A stretch of DNA of 64,000 bases, taken from IMG/VR virus record IMGVR_UViG_3300021431_000003, positions 64,001-128,000 of that record; one strand, written 5' to 3'. Source of the stretch: a virus. Lineage: Duplodnaviria > Caudoviricetes. Position numbers and translations under genes: made by a program. The notes below the pieces were generated by a model that was not told where the DNA came from, did no database searches, and worked only from the letters and a program-made list of their open reading frames with translations. Of this stretch, positions 1-13,300 are shown piece by piece. Numbering within the stretch: position 1 is the first letter of the stretch; every line of letters begins with the position of its first letter.

Positions 1-249
1 AGAGCTGTAGATATTCGTGAGAATAGAACTAAGAATGTATTTGAGCATATGGTTTATAATCTTGCGAAGACAGCTATGCTTAATGAATCTGCTGGTCATG
101 TATTTATTAAGGATTCTAGACTTGATATGGATAAGATTGTTGAGCATTGTGAAGTACTCTGTACTTTCATTACTACACTTGATAGTACAAAGCTTATTAA
201 TCTTGACGAGTCTTATATTGACCAGATGCTTAGAGATATGAAAAACTAA
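1..249 (+). CDS. Hypothetical protein, 5'-truncated (possible head protein)
   Basis: Frame 1 is open from base 1 (RAVDIRENRTKNVFEHMVYNLAK...) to TAA at 247-249, followed by a terminator; contains an MLNES motif. Confidence 0.75.
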   Translation, partial: RAVDIRENRTKNVFEHMVYNLAKTAMLNESAGHVFIKDSRLDMDKIVEHCEVLCTFITTLDSTKLINLDESYIDQMLRDMKN

Positions 250-256
250 ACAAAAA

Positions 257-285
257 ATAAGGGCGCTGTCAGAGAGCGCCCTTAT
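257..285. terminator. Bidirectional intrinsic terminator
   Basis: ATAAGGGCGCT-gtcagag-AGCGCCCTTAT flanked by A and T tracts between convergent units. Confidence 0.85.
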
Positions 286-288
286 ATT

Positions 289-467
289 TTATTCCGAAAA
301 CAAAAACATTTTCACCTCCTTATAATATTTTGAGCATTTCCTCGTCCATCGGAATGTCCAAATAATTTATTTTTCTAGTGGAAGTTAAACCACCAGAATT
401 GGTCATTGTCCTTGATGACAATTAAACGTACGTTGTCGTTAGTAGTCATTTCTTTTCTTATTATCAT
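289..467 (-). other. Small-ORF cluster (30-aa ORF 467-375; 6-aa minigene 309-289)
   Basis: AGGAGA RBS before ATG467; TAAGGAGGTG RBS before ATG309 (MFLFSE*); early-type promoter upstream. Confidence 0.45.
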
Positions 468-517
468 ATTAATATCTCCTCTCAGAAGTTTTAGAATAGC
501 ATCCGACCTCTACTATT

Positions 518-533
518 CACTATAATAATATAT
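518..533 (-). promoter_or_regulatory. Early-type phage promoter TATATHAT-N5-YG
   Basis: Minus strand ATATATTATTATAGTG followed by hairpin GAATAGTA..TGCTATTC. Confidence 0.6.
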
Positions 534-553
534 GTCTATTAAACAAAAGTTTT

Positions 554-578
554 GCAGGCTACCTCGTAGGTAGCCTGC
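554..578. terminator. Intrinsic terminator
   Basis: GCAGGCTACCT-cgt-AGGTAGCCTGC downstream of the 582-965 gene. Confidence 0.8.
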
Positions 579-581
579 TTT

Positions 582-965
582 TTATAACGTTACTTCAGCT
601 CTAGTCTCTGTATTTAGAATAAGACTAAATAGCATATTTGTTCTTGCACTACAAATCTCATATTCAGTTTTAGTAAGTTTACCTAACTTATACATTTCAG
701 ATACAAAATCCTCAAATGCAATAGTTAGTATACTGTTTATTTCAATATTACTAATAGGCTTCAATAAATCAATACTAAACTTTAATTCATTAAATTTAAA
801 ATCTAACCGATTCACAGAGTTTGGTTCTACATTTCCAAATGCGCCATATATACATCTAGCAAGTATATTATTATATTCAAATTCAGAATATGCTGTTTCC
901 CATAACTTTTTTCTTATATCTGTAATATCATTTACATAAGATACCCTCAAATTATTAGATTCCAT
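582..965 (-). CDS. Hypothetical protein
   Basis: 127-aa ORF with GAGGAG RBS, coupled to the upstream resolvase gene. Confidence 0.75.
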   Translation of the reverse strand: MESNNLRVSYVNDITDIRKKLWETAYSEFEYNNILARCIYGAFGNVEPNSVNRLDFKFNELKFSIDLLKPISNIEINSILTIAFEDFVSEMYKLGKLTKTEYEICSARTNMLFSLILNTETRAEVTL

Positions 966-978
966 ATCTATACTCCTC

Positions 979-1698
979 TCAAATATATTTAAGATTCATG
1001 TTTTCTTCATAATCCTTACGACTAATTATATTCTGATATTGTTGTTTACAGTATACTGCATTTAGATAAGATAAATCAATCTCTACTCTAGGTAATATAG
1101 AATAGAATTTATCTACAACTCCTCTTATAGTAAGAGCATCATCAACCCAAATATTACTATTATACATATCAGAATATAGCTTACCTATATTATCCCAGTC
1201 TGGTTTTACTAAAGGACGATTAAGTCCAAGTTCTGCCATGAAAGTTTCTTGTCTATTATAAGATTTTGGAGTTGGAAAGTAAGCTCTAAAATGTACATCA
1301 CATGGAGTACATATAAGATGATTAAGTTGTACTATCTCATTATCAACAAGTCTTTTCATATACTCATGATTTTGTGCTGCACCAGGAGAATATACATGAA
1401 TGAATCCTGGATCTGTAATAGCTGCATTAATAAGATTGCTTCTATTAACAAATCTATATCTAGGTCGCTTAGCACCTTCTGGAATAACATTTAATATAAC
1501 TCTTATAGTAGTATAATATAGATTATTTAAACGTCTGTCTCTTTCATGCAATATATCTATCATCTCATCATAGGAGATGTTATATATAGTACACATATAG
1601 TCAAGTCTTTCTTTATAGTCTAATGGTATATGACCGTACTTAGACTGGTATTCATTTAGTTTCTGTTTTATACTTGCCATAGTGCTCATCACCTCCAA
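979..1698 (-). CDS. RusA-like Holliday junction resolvase (likely start near 1689/1680)
   Basis: PEGAKRPR, KPDWDNIGK and WVDD motifs typical of the RusA family. Confidence 0.8.
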   Translation of the reverse strand: MEVMSTMASIKQKLNEYQSKYGHIPLDYKERLDYMCTIYNISYDEMIDILHERDRRLNNLYYTTIRVILNVIPEGAKRPRYRFVNRSNLINAAITDPGFIHVYSPGAAQNHEYMKRLVDNEIVQLNHLICTPCDVHFRAYFPTPKSYNRQETFMAELGLNRPLVKPDWDNIGKLYSDMYNSNIWVDDALTIRGVVDKFYSILPRVEIDLSYLNAVYCKQQYQNIISRKDYEENMNLKYI

Positions 1699-1707
1699 TC
1701 ATTCGTT

Positions 1708-1719
1708 TACTTAACTGTT
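1708..1719 (-). promoter_or_regulatory. Late-type promoter AACA-N6-TA
   Basis: AACAgttaagTAa upstream of the resolvase RBS. Confidence 0.65.
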
Positions 1720-1748
1720 CGGAAATGGGTATTTTGGAAAAGAAAGGT

Positions 1749-1773
1749 ACCAGTACCCTTTAGAGGTACTGGT
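1749..1773 (-). terminator. Intrinsic terminator
   Basis: ACCAGTACC-ctttaga-GGTACTGGT, T-rich tail on the minus strand. Confidence 0.7.
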
Positions 1774-1842
1774 TTTCGTAGTTATGACCTTTCTAAAAAT
1801 TAAAGAGGGTGATGAACTGCTTAATATCAGCTCAATTATATG

Positions 1843-4251
1843 TTATAATCCCCATAAAGAATTATACATATTAAGGCCCATATTTCTAAGAGAAGAACCA
1901 ATATTCATACTCATATTAGGTAAGAAGTCGGTGATTCTATCTTTTAGATTAAAAGTAGCCCACAATGTAACCATTCTAAATAAGTCAGGTTCATTAATAT
2001 TGATACCACATAAATTAGCAATATAATCCATTTCAGATACATTCTGTAATGTAGTACCTTTAAACATTGCACCTAAACTAGTCATTCCCATACCAGTATA
2101 TAAGTCTTGGATAGAGAAAGTTACGTCTACTACAGTAGGTAATCCATCTTTAGTCCACGAACCTTCTTTACCTCTATTAAATGACATCTCTGTAATAATA
2201 CCCATATCTATATTAAACATACCTCTATAAAATGCTTTAATTAGAAATGGTGTAGTATAAGAGTTTACATATTCTGAACGAGGTAATACAAGTGCCATAA
2301 GATGACATAGTGGTACATAGATATTTAGCCACCAAGAAAATTTATCATAGCTTGGAGTTGTTAATTTAATAGATATATTATATGATTTGGTAAACTGACT
2401 ATTAGACCATATTTGCGGGAATAGTAAACGTCCACCAGATACAATAGTTTTTACAGAGTTAGCAATAGTAGTAAATATAGAATTACCTCCTGCGACTTTA
2501 CTTACTATATTATTAATCTGCTCTTTAATATCAGTTAATGTACCATCTACTTTATCAAATGCCTCTCCAACTGCATTTGATGCGGTACCTAGTAAGAATT
2601 GAATTTCTCTTGCTCTATCAGAAAGAGCATTGATTGTAGATGATAAGGAAGACTCTGTTGTTTCATTAGAGAAGGAGTCTTGAAAAGATGCCTCTGAATT
2701 AATATAAAACGGAATTGCATTACCGTAATATACAGCTTGTTGGAAATCTTTAAAAGAACCTTCTTCTGGTTCTTCAAAGACATTATCTCTTTCTTCCCAA
2801 TTATATTTACTCTTAATTTCTTCTTCAGGTTCTGTTCCATCTGTAGTCTCTTCAGGAGTTTCAGCTTCTTCAACATCTTCTGCAGCTTGGTCTCCCAATA
2901 TTGTATCCTCTTCTTCTATATAAGGTGTATAATCTTGTCCTTTATAAATACCCCAATGAAATACATCAAGTGTTTTTCCATTAAGTCTTTTATTTTTAGC
3001 ATCATCTGCATTTCCAGCAAGTCCTAAGAAGATTGCGCCAGCTCTACACATAGGATTAACATAATTAAAATATTCTGCATATGCTGGCATAATTGTATAT
3101 AGTTTACCATTATAATCTTCTAGCATAGCTCTAAGTGAGTTCTCTGATATATCTTTATCTACATAAGCTTCATCTAATTGACTTATTAAAGCAGTTCTAG
3201 CATTTTCAGATGAACCTCCCATAAAGGATGTATTACCTGGAGTTATAAATAACAGTGGCATTCTAGATAGGATTTTTTCTGTAAATTCATAACCAGCCAA
3301 CTCTAGATTTTCACTAAATCTTGCCGATGTAGAACCACTGCTACTATTATTACCTGGAATAATTCTACAGTCTGTTGTAGGTAAGAATTGATATGGTGCA
3401 CCAAATATATTTCTAAGATTCTTATAGTTTATACCATTAACTGCTGTACTGTTTTTATACGCTTCAATAGCATCTGCTGGTCCAGTCATAACATAATTAC
3501 CGTTAGTATCTGTTTTATACATAATATTACCAGCTTCATCTACAGCGACATTTCCATCATCATCAAATAGTACTTGCCTAAATCTTGCTAAATGTTGTCC
3601 GATATTATAGAAGAATGTAGGAGCTACTTTTAATGAAAATTCATCAGTTACATCTAAGTCACCATCCGATATACCAGCACCAATATTAGCTGCTGCAATA
3701 AGAGTAGAATTGACTGCATCATTAGCCATAGCTTCTTGTGTTTTATCTAATTCTGTAGTATCATCTATATATTTCTCTAATATTCTAGTTTCATCTAATG
3801 TTCCACCTGGATTTAGATTTTCATATTTTATTGCACTTATACCAGATAAATAACTTGAGCTAGACGATATAGCTTTTGGTGGACCTGATTTAGTATTAAG
3901 CCATCCTATTTTATTACTTGAAGATGTACTAAAATATAAAGCATTAGAACTTCCTATATTTACCTTATAATTAGCATATCTCATATATACAATATTAGAA
4001 CCTACCGTTATACCTAAAATAATACCATCTGCTGTATTTGCTGATATACTGGCTATTTTAGCACAAGTATGTTCTTTTATTTGATACGCTCTTTTATCAC
4101 GTGATAATGATTTATCTGAATATAATATTACATTACTCATAAATATAATAAATGCAATACCTACATCACCTACAACCATTCTATTACATAATAAATTACC
4201 ATTTTTCTTATCATGGTCTGTATTTACAGCATATAATGTCGATTGTCCCAT
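1843..4251 (-). CDS. Virion structural protein (tail/baseplate-associated, probable)
   Basis: 802 aa, AAAGGAGG RBS, late promoter, adjacent to the tape-measure-like gene; C-terminal beta-rich region (FNIDMGIITEMSFNRG...GLPTVVDVTFSIQDL) resembles tube/baseplate-hub folds. Confidence 0.6.
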   Translation of the reverse strand: MGQSTLYAVNTDHDKKNGNLLCNRMVVGDVGIAFIIFMSNVILYSDKSLSRDKRAYQIKEHTCAKIASISANTADGIILGITVGSNIVYMRYANYKVNIGSSNALYFSTSSSNKIGWLNTKSGPPKAISSSSSYLSGISAIKYENLNPGGTLDETRILEKYIDDTTELDKTQEAMANDAVNSTLIAAANIGAGISDGDLDVTDEFSLKVAPTFFYNIGQHLARFRQVLFDDDGNVAVDEAGNIMYKTDTNGNYVMTGPADAIEAYKNSTAVNGINYKNLRNIFGAPYQFLPTTDCRIIPGNNSSSGSTSARFSENLELAGYEFTEKILSRMPLLFITPGNTSFMGGSSENARTALISQLDEAYVDKDISENSLRAMLEDYNGKLYTIMPAYAEYFNYVNPMCRAGAIFLGLAGNADDAKNKRLNGKTLDVFHWGIYKGQDYTPYIEEEDTILGDQAAEDVEEAETPEETTDGTEPEEEIKSKYNWEERDNVFEEPEEGSFKDFQQAVYYGNAIPFYINSEASFQDSFSNETTESSLSSTINALSDRAREIQFLLGTASNAVGEAFDKVDGTLTDIKEQINNIVSKVAGGNSIFTTIANSVKTIVSGGRLLFPQIWSNSQFTKSYNISIKLTTPSYDKFSWWLNIYVPLCHLMALVLPRSEYVNSYTTPFLIKAFYRGMFNIDMGIITEMSFNRGKEGSWTKDGLPTVVDVTFSIQDLYTGMGMTSLGAMFKGTTLQNVSEMDYIANLCGININEPDLFRMVTLWATFNLKDRITDFLPNMSMNIGSSLRNMGLNMYNSLWGL

Positions 4252-4279
4252 CTGTATACCTCCTTTATAGAGTAAATAT

Positions 4280-4291
4280 TATTCATATGTT
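4280..4291 (-). promoter_or_regulatory. Late-type promoter
   Basis: AACAtatgaaTAa. Confidence 0.7.
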
Positions 4292-4305
4292 CTAGACATA
4301 AAAAT

Positions 4306-4333
4306 ATGAGGGTTGGACGAATCCAACCCTCAT
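4306..4333 (-). terminator. Intrinsic terminator
   Basis: ATGAGGGTTGGA-cgaa-TCCAACCCTCAT, T tract on the minus strand. Confidence 0.85.
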
Positions 4334-4337
4334 TTGT

Positions 4338-7300
4338 TTAGCTCTTAGCGATTTGATAAATTGCATTTATAATGTCTTCTCCAGAGTTGTTATTATTTAG
4401 TGCAGTTCTTAATGCAGACAAACCATTCTTAGAGCCATTTGGAATTTTCTTATTATTACTATTATCTATCGCGGTGGTAGTATTTTCTGTATTGACAGCA
4501 ATCGTAGCTAATACAGCAAGAATATCATCTATCTTATTACTGTTGTCAGCAATAATAGCAGCGAGTCTTATTATATTAGCAAGATTATCTCCGCCATACT
4601 GAGTATAAGTATTGTTGTCTGCACCCATTATAGAACCTTTACCTGTATGTGGAGATACTATTGTATTATTATGAGCGTTAGTATTATTAGAAGAGCGTAC
4701 TACTCTACTGCTTCTAATATCATCCAGAGATTTTAATGGTCCAGTTCCTCTACCGTAACCAGTACGATAAGCTCCAGTAATTAAATCTCTGTTTACATCT
4801 CTTGTTACAATATTAGGAATTGTATTAGAGTCTGTAATTTTTCTCTTAGAAATTGGAATTCTGTTTAATTTAGCCAAATCAGTTTTACCATTTCTAGCAG
4901 AACCACGACCAAATCTACCATTACCAGAACCTTTATATCTAAGAACAAGTTTACATTCATTATCTTGAATAGTCCACGCACCAGGTTCTCCACGATTACC
5001 ATGACAAGAATCTGGGTTTGGAAGTTGATTATTGTTATCAAGATAGTACTTTGCTAGGCAATAAGAGTTGTACATACCATTACCGATAGAACCACCTGCG
5101 TCACCAGAACCAGCATTGAAACCGAATCTAGTTCCTTTAGAATTTGTAAATACATACATATCTGTATGTCCATGACCACTATGGAATCTAATGTCACCAG
5201 GTTGTACGTCATTAGGGTCAAACTTTAGAACTTCCCAATCAGATGATAAATTTCCGTCCTTATCATATATACATGTATTACTTGAAGCATTATTCCAGTT
5301 TTGAGTTCCAAAACCTTCGCCATGATAAGTATCACTATAATTCTTTTCAGCATTCCATCTAGATGTATAATAACCCATATAATGTATAACAGCAGACATC
5401 ATACCAGAGCAGTCAGGTCTTTCGTGTTCAAGTACAGTACCGTCTCTACATACAAGGTCATTATATTTAACACAATTACAGTCATAAGTTAGATCTGGGT
5501 CTGCATTATATAGAGCTTCAAATACCATAGCTGCAGCATATATAATATCATTACCATTATAAGCTGCTGTAGTATCAGAAGGTGTTGTATTATTATTAGT
5601 TTCAGTACCATAAAGTGCATCATAGAAATTACCAAATATATCTTTAGTTGCTCTTCTAGTATATTCACCTAAAAGTCCAATCAATCCAGTAGCTACACCC
5701 TTATTATTATCTGTAGAAGTAGAAGTAGTACTGTCAGTCGCTGTAGTATCTTCTTTCGTTGTTTCAGATATTGATTTTAATTTATCAATACTGATAAATT
5801 TATTTGAATCAATTATTTTATCATTTGTATTAGTGTTCTGTGTAGTATTATCAACAGGAACACCAGCGGTCCAAAGATTATCTTGACCTATCTCAGCAAG
5901 TTTTTCTTGTCTTTCAATTTCACCAGAGTTAGCAAAATTAATTGGGTCTTTTGCTCTACCAGTTATAGATAATTTATCTTCATTTACACCTCTACCAGAA
6001 CCACTAGAAGATTGTCCAGTAACAAGACCATATACTGCCAACGCAAATAAACGTCTCTTGAAACAATATAGGTGCTTATACTTGATATTTTTATATGCTT
6101 CAGATGCTGCTACAGAACCCCAGAAATCTGCAGAACCTTCAAGACCACGCTCAAAGTTAACAGCTGCTTCATCTGGTTTAGTAAGCTTCTTATATTCATC
6201 TACAGTATTTGCTACATTAAAGCCCATACTTCTGATTTGAGAAGCTGCTTTTTTAATTCTATTCTTACTCCAGTTAGAACCATCAGTAAGTTCTTCTTTA
6301 ACGTGTGCTAATTGTCCAGTCCATTCCCAATCAGAGAATCCATGAGCTCTAGCCCATGCAGGATGGTCATTCCAAGGTAGAGTCCATTGCATTAGTCCTC
6401 CACCCTCAGCAATATATCCTTTAAGTGCAACTGGCTTGATATTTTCAATTGTTCCACCGCCGCACTCTTGAACCCAGTTACCTATAGCACCACAAGCTGC
6501 AGCAGTACTACATCCACATTCATTAACTAAGAATGAATAGATTTCTGCACCGCCTTCGTCCATTGTAAGTGTAACAGACTCACCTTCGAGAGTAGCAGTA
6601 TAACTCTTTCCTATAGCAGCCTTTGCATCTCCTCTAACATTTACTCCTGTACTATCATTATTATTAGTAGTATTATTAGACGATGAACTGAAATTAACAC
6701 CTAAAGATTTAGCTGCATTATATATCATACTAGAAATGGTAGAATTTGTAACAGCTGATACACTAGAAATATATTTGTTAGCGAGAGATTCATTATTCTT
6801 GCCTCTACCTGTAGTAATTCTTACAGTAGAATTCTGTAGAGTATCAGCAAGGCTATAACGTGTACTGCCACGCCTATCTTCAGAATCTTCTACTATTACA
6901 TTACCATTCTTATCGAGCCCTCTAGCTACTACATAGTGAGAATACTTAGAACCATATGGTGTTCTACCACTATTCTGACTATCTCTACCCATTAAGATAA
7001 CAGGTTTACCCTGAGCGAGACTGTTTATTACATCAGCATTATTAGCATTAGAATTGGTTTTAATACCATTCTTATTGAGATAAGAATTAAAGTATTCAGG
7101 ATAAGTACCACCATTAACTTCTTTGTACTTATTATTAAGTGCATAGTTAACAGCATTACGCATATCACCATTCTTACCGTACATTCTAAGTACAGATGCA
7201 GCTGATGCAGGACCGCAACCAGAATCTGCGATAGTTTGGCTTTCAGAATCTCCTGCAGTTCTATAAGAACCAGAATAAGCTCTCTGATAGATATGATATG

Positions 7301-10300
7301 GGTCAGAACCATAACCAGAATCATTAGAATTATCCTTATCTCTACCGAGTCCAAAGAATCCTTTAACACCGCTCATTATTTTGGATGCAGTATTTTTAAT
7401 TCCTTGCCATAATCCACTTAATACACCACCATTAGATGCGGTAGCATTATTTGTTCCACTAGAAGAAAATGTAGTAGTACCATTACTAGAAGAACCAGTA
7501 TTATTTATCATAGTTGCAGTACTACTAGTATTACTTTTCGATTGAACTGCATTCATACCTGCAGCAAGAGATGCTGTAGCTAAAGAGAATGGTGCTTTAA
7601 CAACTCTGTTCATAGATTCTACAAAGTTGAATAGTCCACTCATAAATGGATTCTTCTTATCAAGTTCAATCTTCCAATAATTTTTACTTGTAGGCAAAAT
7701 AGACAGCTCATCAATTCCTCTATTGATAGAAGAGTTTTTGCTAGCTAAGCTCTTAAAGAATTCTTCAATCCCTTCAAACCCACCAGTTAGACTCTTGATA
7801 GAGTTATTGATTAGATTACCGAAATAAATACCTACTCTTTCTAATGGATTAGTATTCTTTAACCATCCAAAACCTCTCTCCAGACCCTTCATGAGAGGAT
7901 CTAGACTTCCAGTTAATGGACTAAGTTTATCGTTAGCATTTGCATTTGTAGCTACTCCATATTTGTCAATACCATCATATGATGTAGCAGCATCAAGAAC
8001 AGATTTTTCATCATACTTAGACATATCTACAGAATACTTAGAAGTATCAACACCTTCTATTTGTATTTTAGACATTTCATTTGTAGTGAAATATGCTGGC
8101 ATCATTGCGTCAAGAACAGCTTTAGTAATTTCAGCTTTCTTTCCACAGGGTTCAAATATTTCATTGATAATAGCACAAACACCAGCCATTGCTCTGATAA
8201 GTTTCCAATCAGAATGTTCTTCGTCTACATCAAATTGACTATTTGGGTCATCTTTACCAGAATTATATACGTCTTTAAGATGATGACTAGCATCCCATGG
8301 ACCAGTAAAGTTAGTAACATTGCTTGCTACTTCCTTTATTACGGATTCATCTTCAGCTACAAGAATAGCATTAAGATTAGAAATTACTTGAGTGCCTACT
8401 TCATTAAACTTGAATTTATTGGCATTAAGTTTTTCTTTACCCTTTAACTCATTACCATCTTCATCATATTGGTCAGAATAGTTGAAATCCTTTTCTCCAA
8501 AATACTGCCAAATAGATGAGAATATAGTAGAGAGCTTTTTGCGTACTTTATCACTCTTGCCTTTAGATTCAAGATTTGCTGTTTTTTCTAAGATTACACT
8601 CTTAGATGCTGAATCATAACCAAACATAGCTGACCATACATCTTTAGCACCATCACCAATCTTAGTAGTAATTGTCTTATTACCTATAAGATTATTATAG
8701 TCTTCGATACTAAGATTTGTATTATTCTTAGTATTATATGCTTCTACAGCAGCTTTAGCTTGAGCTCTTTCTTCTTTAATCTTAGACATGTCAATTCCAG
8801 GAATTAAGTCTAAAACATTAATAATCATTCCAACTAATGCATCTCTGATAGAATCAATAGAAATAATTAAAGTTGCAATAATACTAAGAGCTGCTAAAAC
8901 AGCACCTACGGCTGCAGCACCGCCGAATGATGCACCAGTTACAGCTTCAGCTAGTGTCATAATAACATCAGGAATTATATTAATAATACCACCAGTAAGT
9001 CTTTCTACAAAAGATGGTTTAGGTGTAACTATACCGAGTAGGTTTCTGCAATTATCTACACCAAGTAAGAAGTCTGCAACCATCATTACAATAGAAAGTA
9101 CGCTAGCAGCACCTTTAGCTGCAGCTGTAGAACCTTGTTTAGCGATATCATCAACACTATCGCCAATTACATCGCCAGTACCCTTAGCAACTTTTTCGGC
9201 TATTTCATCAGCATTTTCGTTTATACCTTTACCAAAAAGCTTAGCAATTTTTTCGTTCTTAAGAACCTTTGCTATCTTTTCTTTCATTTTACCTACAGAT
9301 TTTTTGATAAAATCAATAGCCTTTTCAAAGAAGTTTGCGTCTCCAGAGGCAATCTTTTCAGCAAGTTTATCAGCTTTCCACGCTTTCTTTGCAGCAGCCT
9401 TAGCAGCATCAGCTTCAGCTTTAGCTGCTTTTAATGCATTCTTTTCAGCAATCTTAGCAGCTGCAGCAGTCTCTCTATCAATCAATACCTGACCAATTTT
9501 AGAGAAAGCTCCATTTGTAATTTTATCTCCAACTTTACCAACGGCATTCATAGCAACACCGTGTATAGCAGCAATAGGTTTAGTTGCTTTTTCTGCAATA
9601 TTAGTAACACCTTCACCTAATCTACCGACTATCTTTGTTGGAGTAAATGGAATTTTCTTTAACGCTTTGAATGGAAGACCAAGAATCTTAGTTGCACCAG
9701 TCATGGCTTTAATACCCTTAGCTCCATTAAGAACTCCCATATTGCCTGCTCTTGCAGCAAGTCTTCCAACTAATCCAGCCATTTTACTTTCAGATGAACG
9801 TCCTACATAATCTGCATCTAATGCATTTGCATTTTCTAATGCCACTTGTTGTTGATAAGCAGCGTTTTCAGAAAGCGATTCATCTGCTAATTCATTATAT
9901 TCACTTAATGGAATATAACCACCATTACTATCAAGAGTATATGCCTTATTAGTTTTAGAATCTTTGAATATTTGTTGACCAGAAGCATTTGTTCCTATAT
10001 AATAATAATCTCCAGATATTTTAGAAGTTACTTGTTTACCAGTAGATTCATTAGTATATGTGCTAGTACCATCTTCATTCTTATTACCAGATATTTTATT
10101 ACCATTCTTACTAATAGCTTCACTTGGGAAGTTTATATTAGCAGAATATCCAGGAGATGTAAGTTGTACATTACCACCAACAGTGTTAGGTACGTCTATT
10201 GATGTTGCTTGTACATTTACTTGTTCTCCAGGAGATGTATCAGGAATTTGTATTTCTAATGCACCTTGTCTACCTTTAAATACATCCTTAGCATAATCTA

Positions 10301-13300
10301 CTAAACCTTGACCGACATTCTTAACAACTGTCCATACCATAGGAATAAGATTCTTACCTATACCATAAAGAACCTTTGGCACAAAGTCACCATATACAGT
10401 AACGAAACCAGTCTTCCAAAGTTCTACAATATGAGCTCCAACCTTAGCAAGGCTATTCCAGAATCCGCTAAGACCTCTATCTGGTGCAGCATATTCTCCT
10501 TCATTATGAATCCAATTATGAACCTTCTCAAATTTAGATTTAAAGAATTTTCTAATAGGATTAACGATACCAGAGATTATACCACCCTCATATTCACCAG
10601 TAGTTTTATTCTTGACACCAAAGATTTTATCTTTAGCTTTAGCAAGCCATGGCTTAACTTTTTCACGAATCGCAGGTAATATATCTTCTTTAATGAATCC
10701 TACTATTAATGGAACGAATACACCGCCAACAAATAGCCACTTGATAATCTTACCAATCTTAGAATCCTTCTTACCTTCAAAATTCTCTTTATCTTTTCTT
10801 AATTGTCTAGCATCCATTCTGTCGAAGAATCTACCGATAAAAGTATCCTGTTCTTGGTTCTTTTCTTTCCACGCTCTTACAGCATCAAGCTTACCTGCAA
10901 CAGCATTTCTAATACCAGATTTAAGAGTACCAGTAACAGATTTATATCTATCAGAACCTACTACTTTTTTAATAGCACCTCTCATAAATGTCTCTGTTAA
11001 AGAAGCTTTACCATAACCGTATCTAGCATAGAATCTACCATTAACTTTATTTTGTTCTTTAGCATCTAGTTCGTTGTATTTCTTACCATACAATTCAAGT
11101 GATAATTCATCAAGTCTTTCATCTTTATTCTTGATAGCAAGAGATATAACTTTATCTCTTTTAGCATCAGATGCCTTCTTTTTAATTTTTTCTTTAGTAT
11201 CATTAGCCCAGTCACTTACCTTAGCTGCAGCGGTTCTAATACCATTATTTATTTTATCTCTTACACCTTGAAGCTTAGATTGAACTCCATTTCTGATATT
11301 ATCAGAAATGCTATTCATAAGTTTCTGATATCTACCATCAATGAATCTTTCAACAAATACTGCATGAATTGCTTCTTGTTCTTTTTCAGTTAAGTCTTTC
11401 CAAAGAACATTATTTTCATGACCATTCTTACCAGCATATAGTTCTTTTACTAATTTCTGCAGTTCTGGACCTGCTTCTGGTTTAGCATCTTTATTATTAG
11501 AGTCAATTATAAATAACCTAGACCAAGCATATTCAGCTTTTCTCTTTAGATTCTCTCTGACTTTCTTCATTCTTTCTTCTTTAGTACCTTCAGCATTATC
11601 ATTAAATAAGATATTACCAGTACCTTTAATAAGTTTGATGGTTTGTCCTAGTTTACTTCTAACAAGACGTTTACCGATTTGCTTGATACCACCAATTATT
11701 CCACGACCGAATACTTGGTTTTCTTTCTTAGCTTGGATGTACATATTAACAAATTCATCATGAACTTGTTTTTGTTCATCCTTAGTACAAGCACTAAATC
11801 TACTTACACCAAGATTACATCTTTTTGTAATAGCATCAAGGAATTCAAACTTATCAGCTAATTCTTCTTTAAGCTTATTTTGAACCTCTTCGCTAGCTGT
11901 ATTAGCACTTCTTAGTGCTTCTAATGCAGATTGGTAAGAAGCTACTTCCTTATTCCATTCTTTTTCAGCTTCTTGTTGATATTGATAATTATTAAGTCGC
12001 TGAATCAAGGAATTATCATCAATCTTATGGTCACTTAAAGCAAGACCTACATTAAATCCTATCTTCTTTACACCTTTAATAGCACCACTGATAATAGACT
12101 TACCATGGGTTCTAATAGCATCCTTTACAAATAGAGAATGGATACCTGTAAATTTTGGTAAATCTGGCATAACAATAGGATTCATATATACACCAAGCTT
12201 AAGAGACTTAGCTATCATATCACCGAAAGACATGTAACTATCTTCTATAGTCTTTGGTCTATGGTCAGCAAGATAATCCTCTATGAATTGACGTTTAGCT
12301 GCATCATAAGATACAGGTTGACCTTTTCCAGGAATAACATTATAGCCGTCTACTTTATAATACATTTCAAAATTATAAGGAGTTTCTCCACGATAGATAA
12401 GAATCTTACGTTTCATTACCTTAATCTTCTTGACAGCTTCTTCTTCACTGCATTTTTCTTTATTCATTATCTTCTGCTTATATGTCTGAATATCATCTCT
12501 AATTCTTTCAGGAACACAGAGTTCTTTCAATGCGAGACCATCAAACATTTGACAAGCAGTATCAATTAATTCATTTATTTCATTATTAAGTACATTAGCC
12601 ATTCTAGTATCAGGAGCTAAATAACCCTTTAAGTCACCAGTAAGCATTGGAATATAATCATTCCAAAGGTCATTAGAAATAAAGTCACCCGCCTTAATAG
12701 AGTCTTTATTAATAGAACCTATCTTATCATTCTTACCAATAACATAACCACCATTAGCAGCATTTTCTTTAATAGCTTTTTGTGATCTAGAATCCTTTAC
12801 AGATTTAATATAAGCTTCTTTAGAACCATACTTAGCTTGTTCTTCTTTGGATAACTTGTCATATCCATTACCAATTGTTAAATCATAGTGGATGTTTTCA
12901 AGTATTTCTTCCATCCTTTTAGCTGCAGTATTTACAGTTTCAAGAGGAGAATCTTTACCCTTCCAGAAAGCTTTTTCTGCCTCAAAAGCAACTTCTTCAT
13001 CTGTAAGGCCTACACCTTTATGAGCTAATTCACGATTAGCCATAAGTTTAAGATTTCTAACAGCCTTCTTATCTCTAAGGTCTACATTAATACCCTTAGA
13101 TAATAAGTATTGCTGTACAGTCATCTTACTTCTCTCAATATCTTTATAATCTTTAGATGCTTTATTCATTTTATCTCTATGAAGTCTTAATTCCTTCATA
13201 ACAGATTTCTTAGTAGCATTATCGATGTTTCTAGTATTCAAGAATCTTTCAACATCTTTGTCTCTACCTTCTTTAAGCATCTTAATGATTCTTTTAGCAT

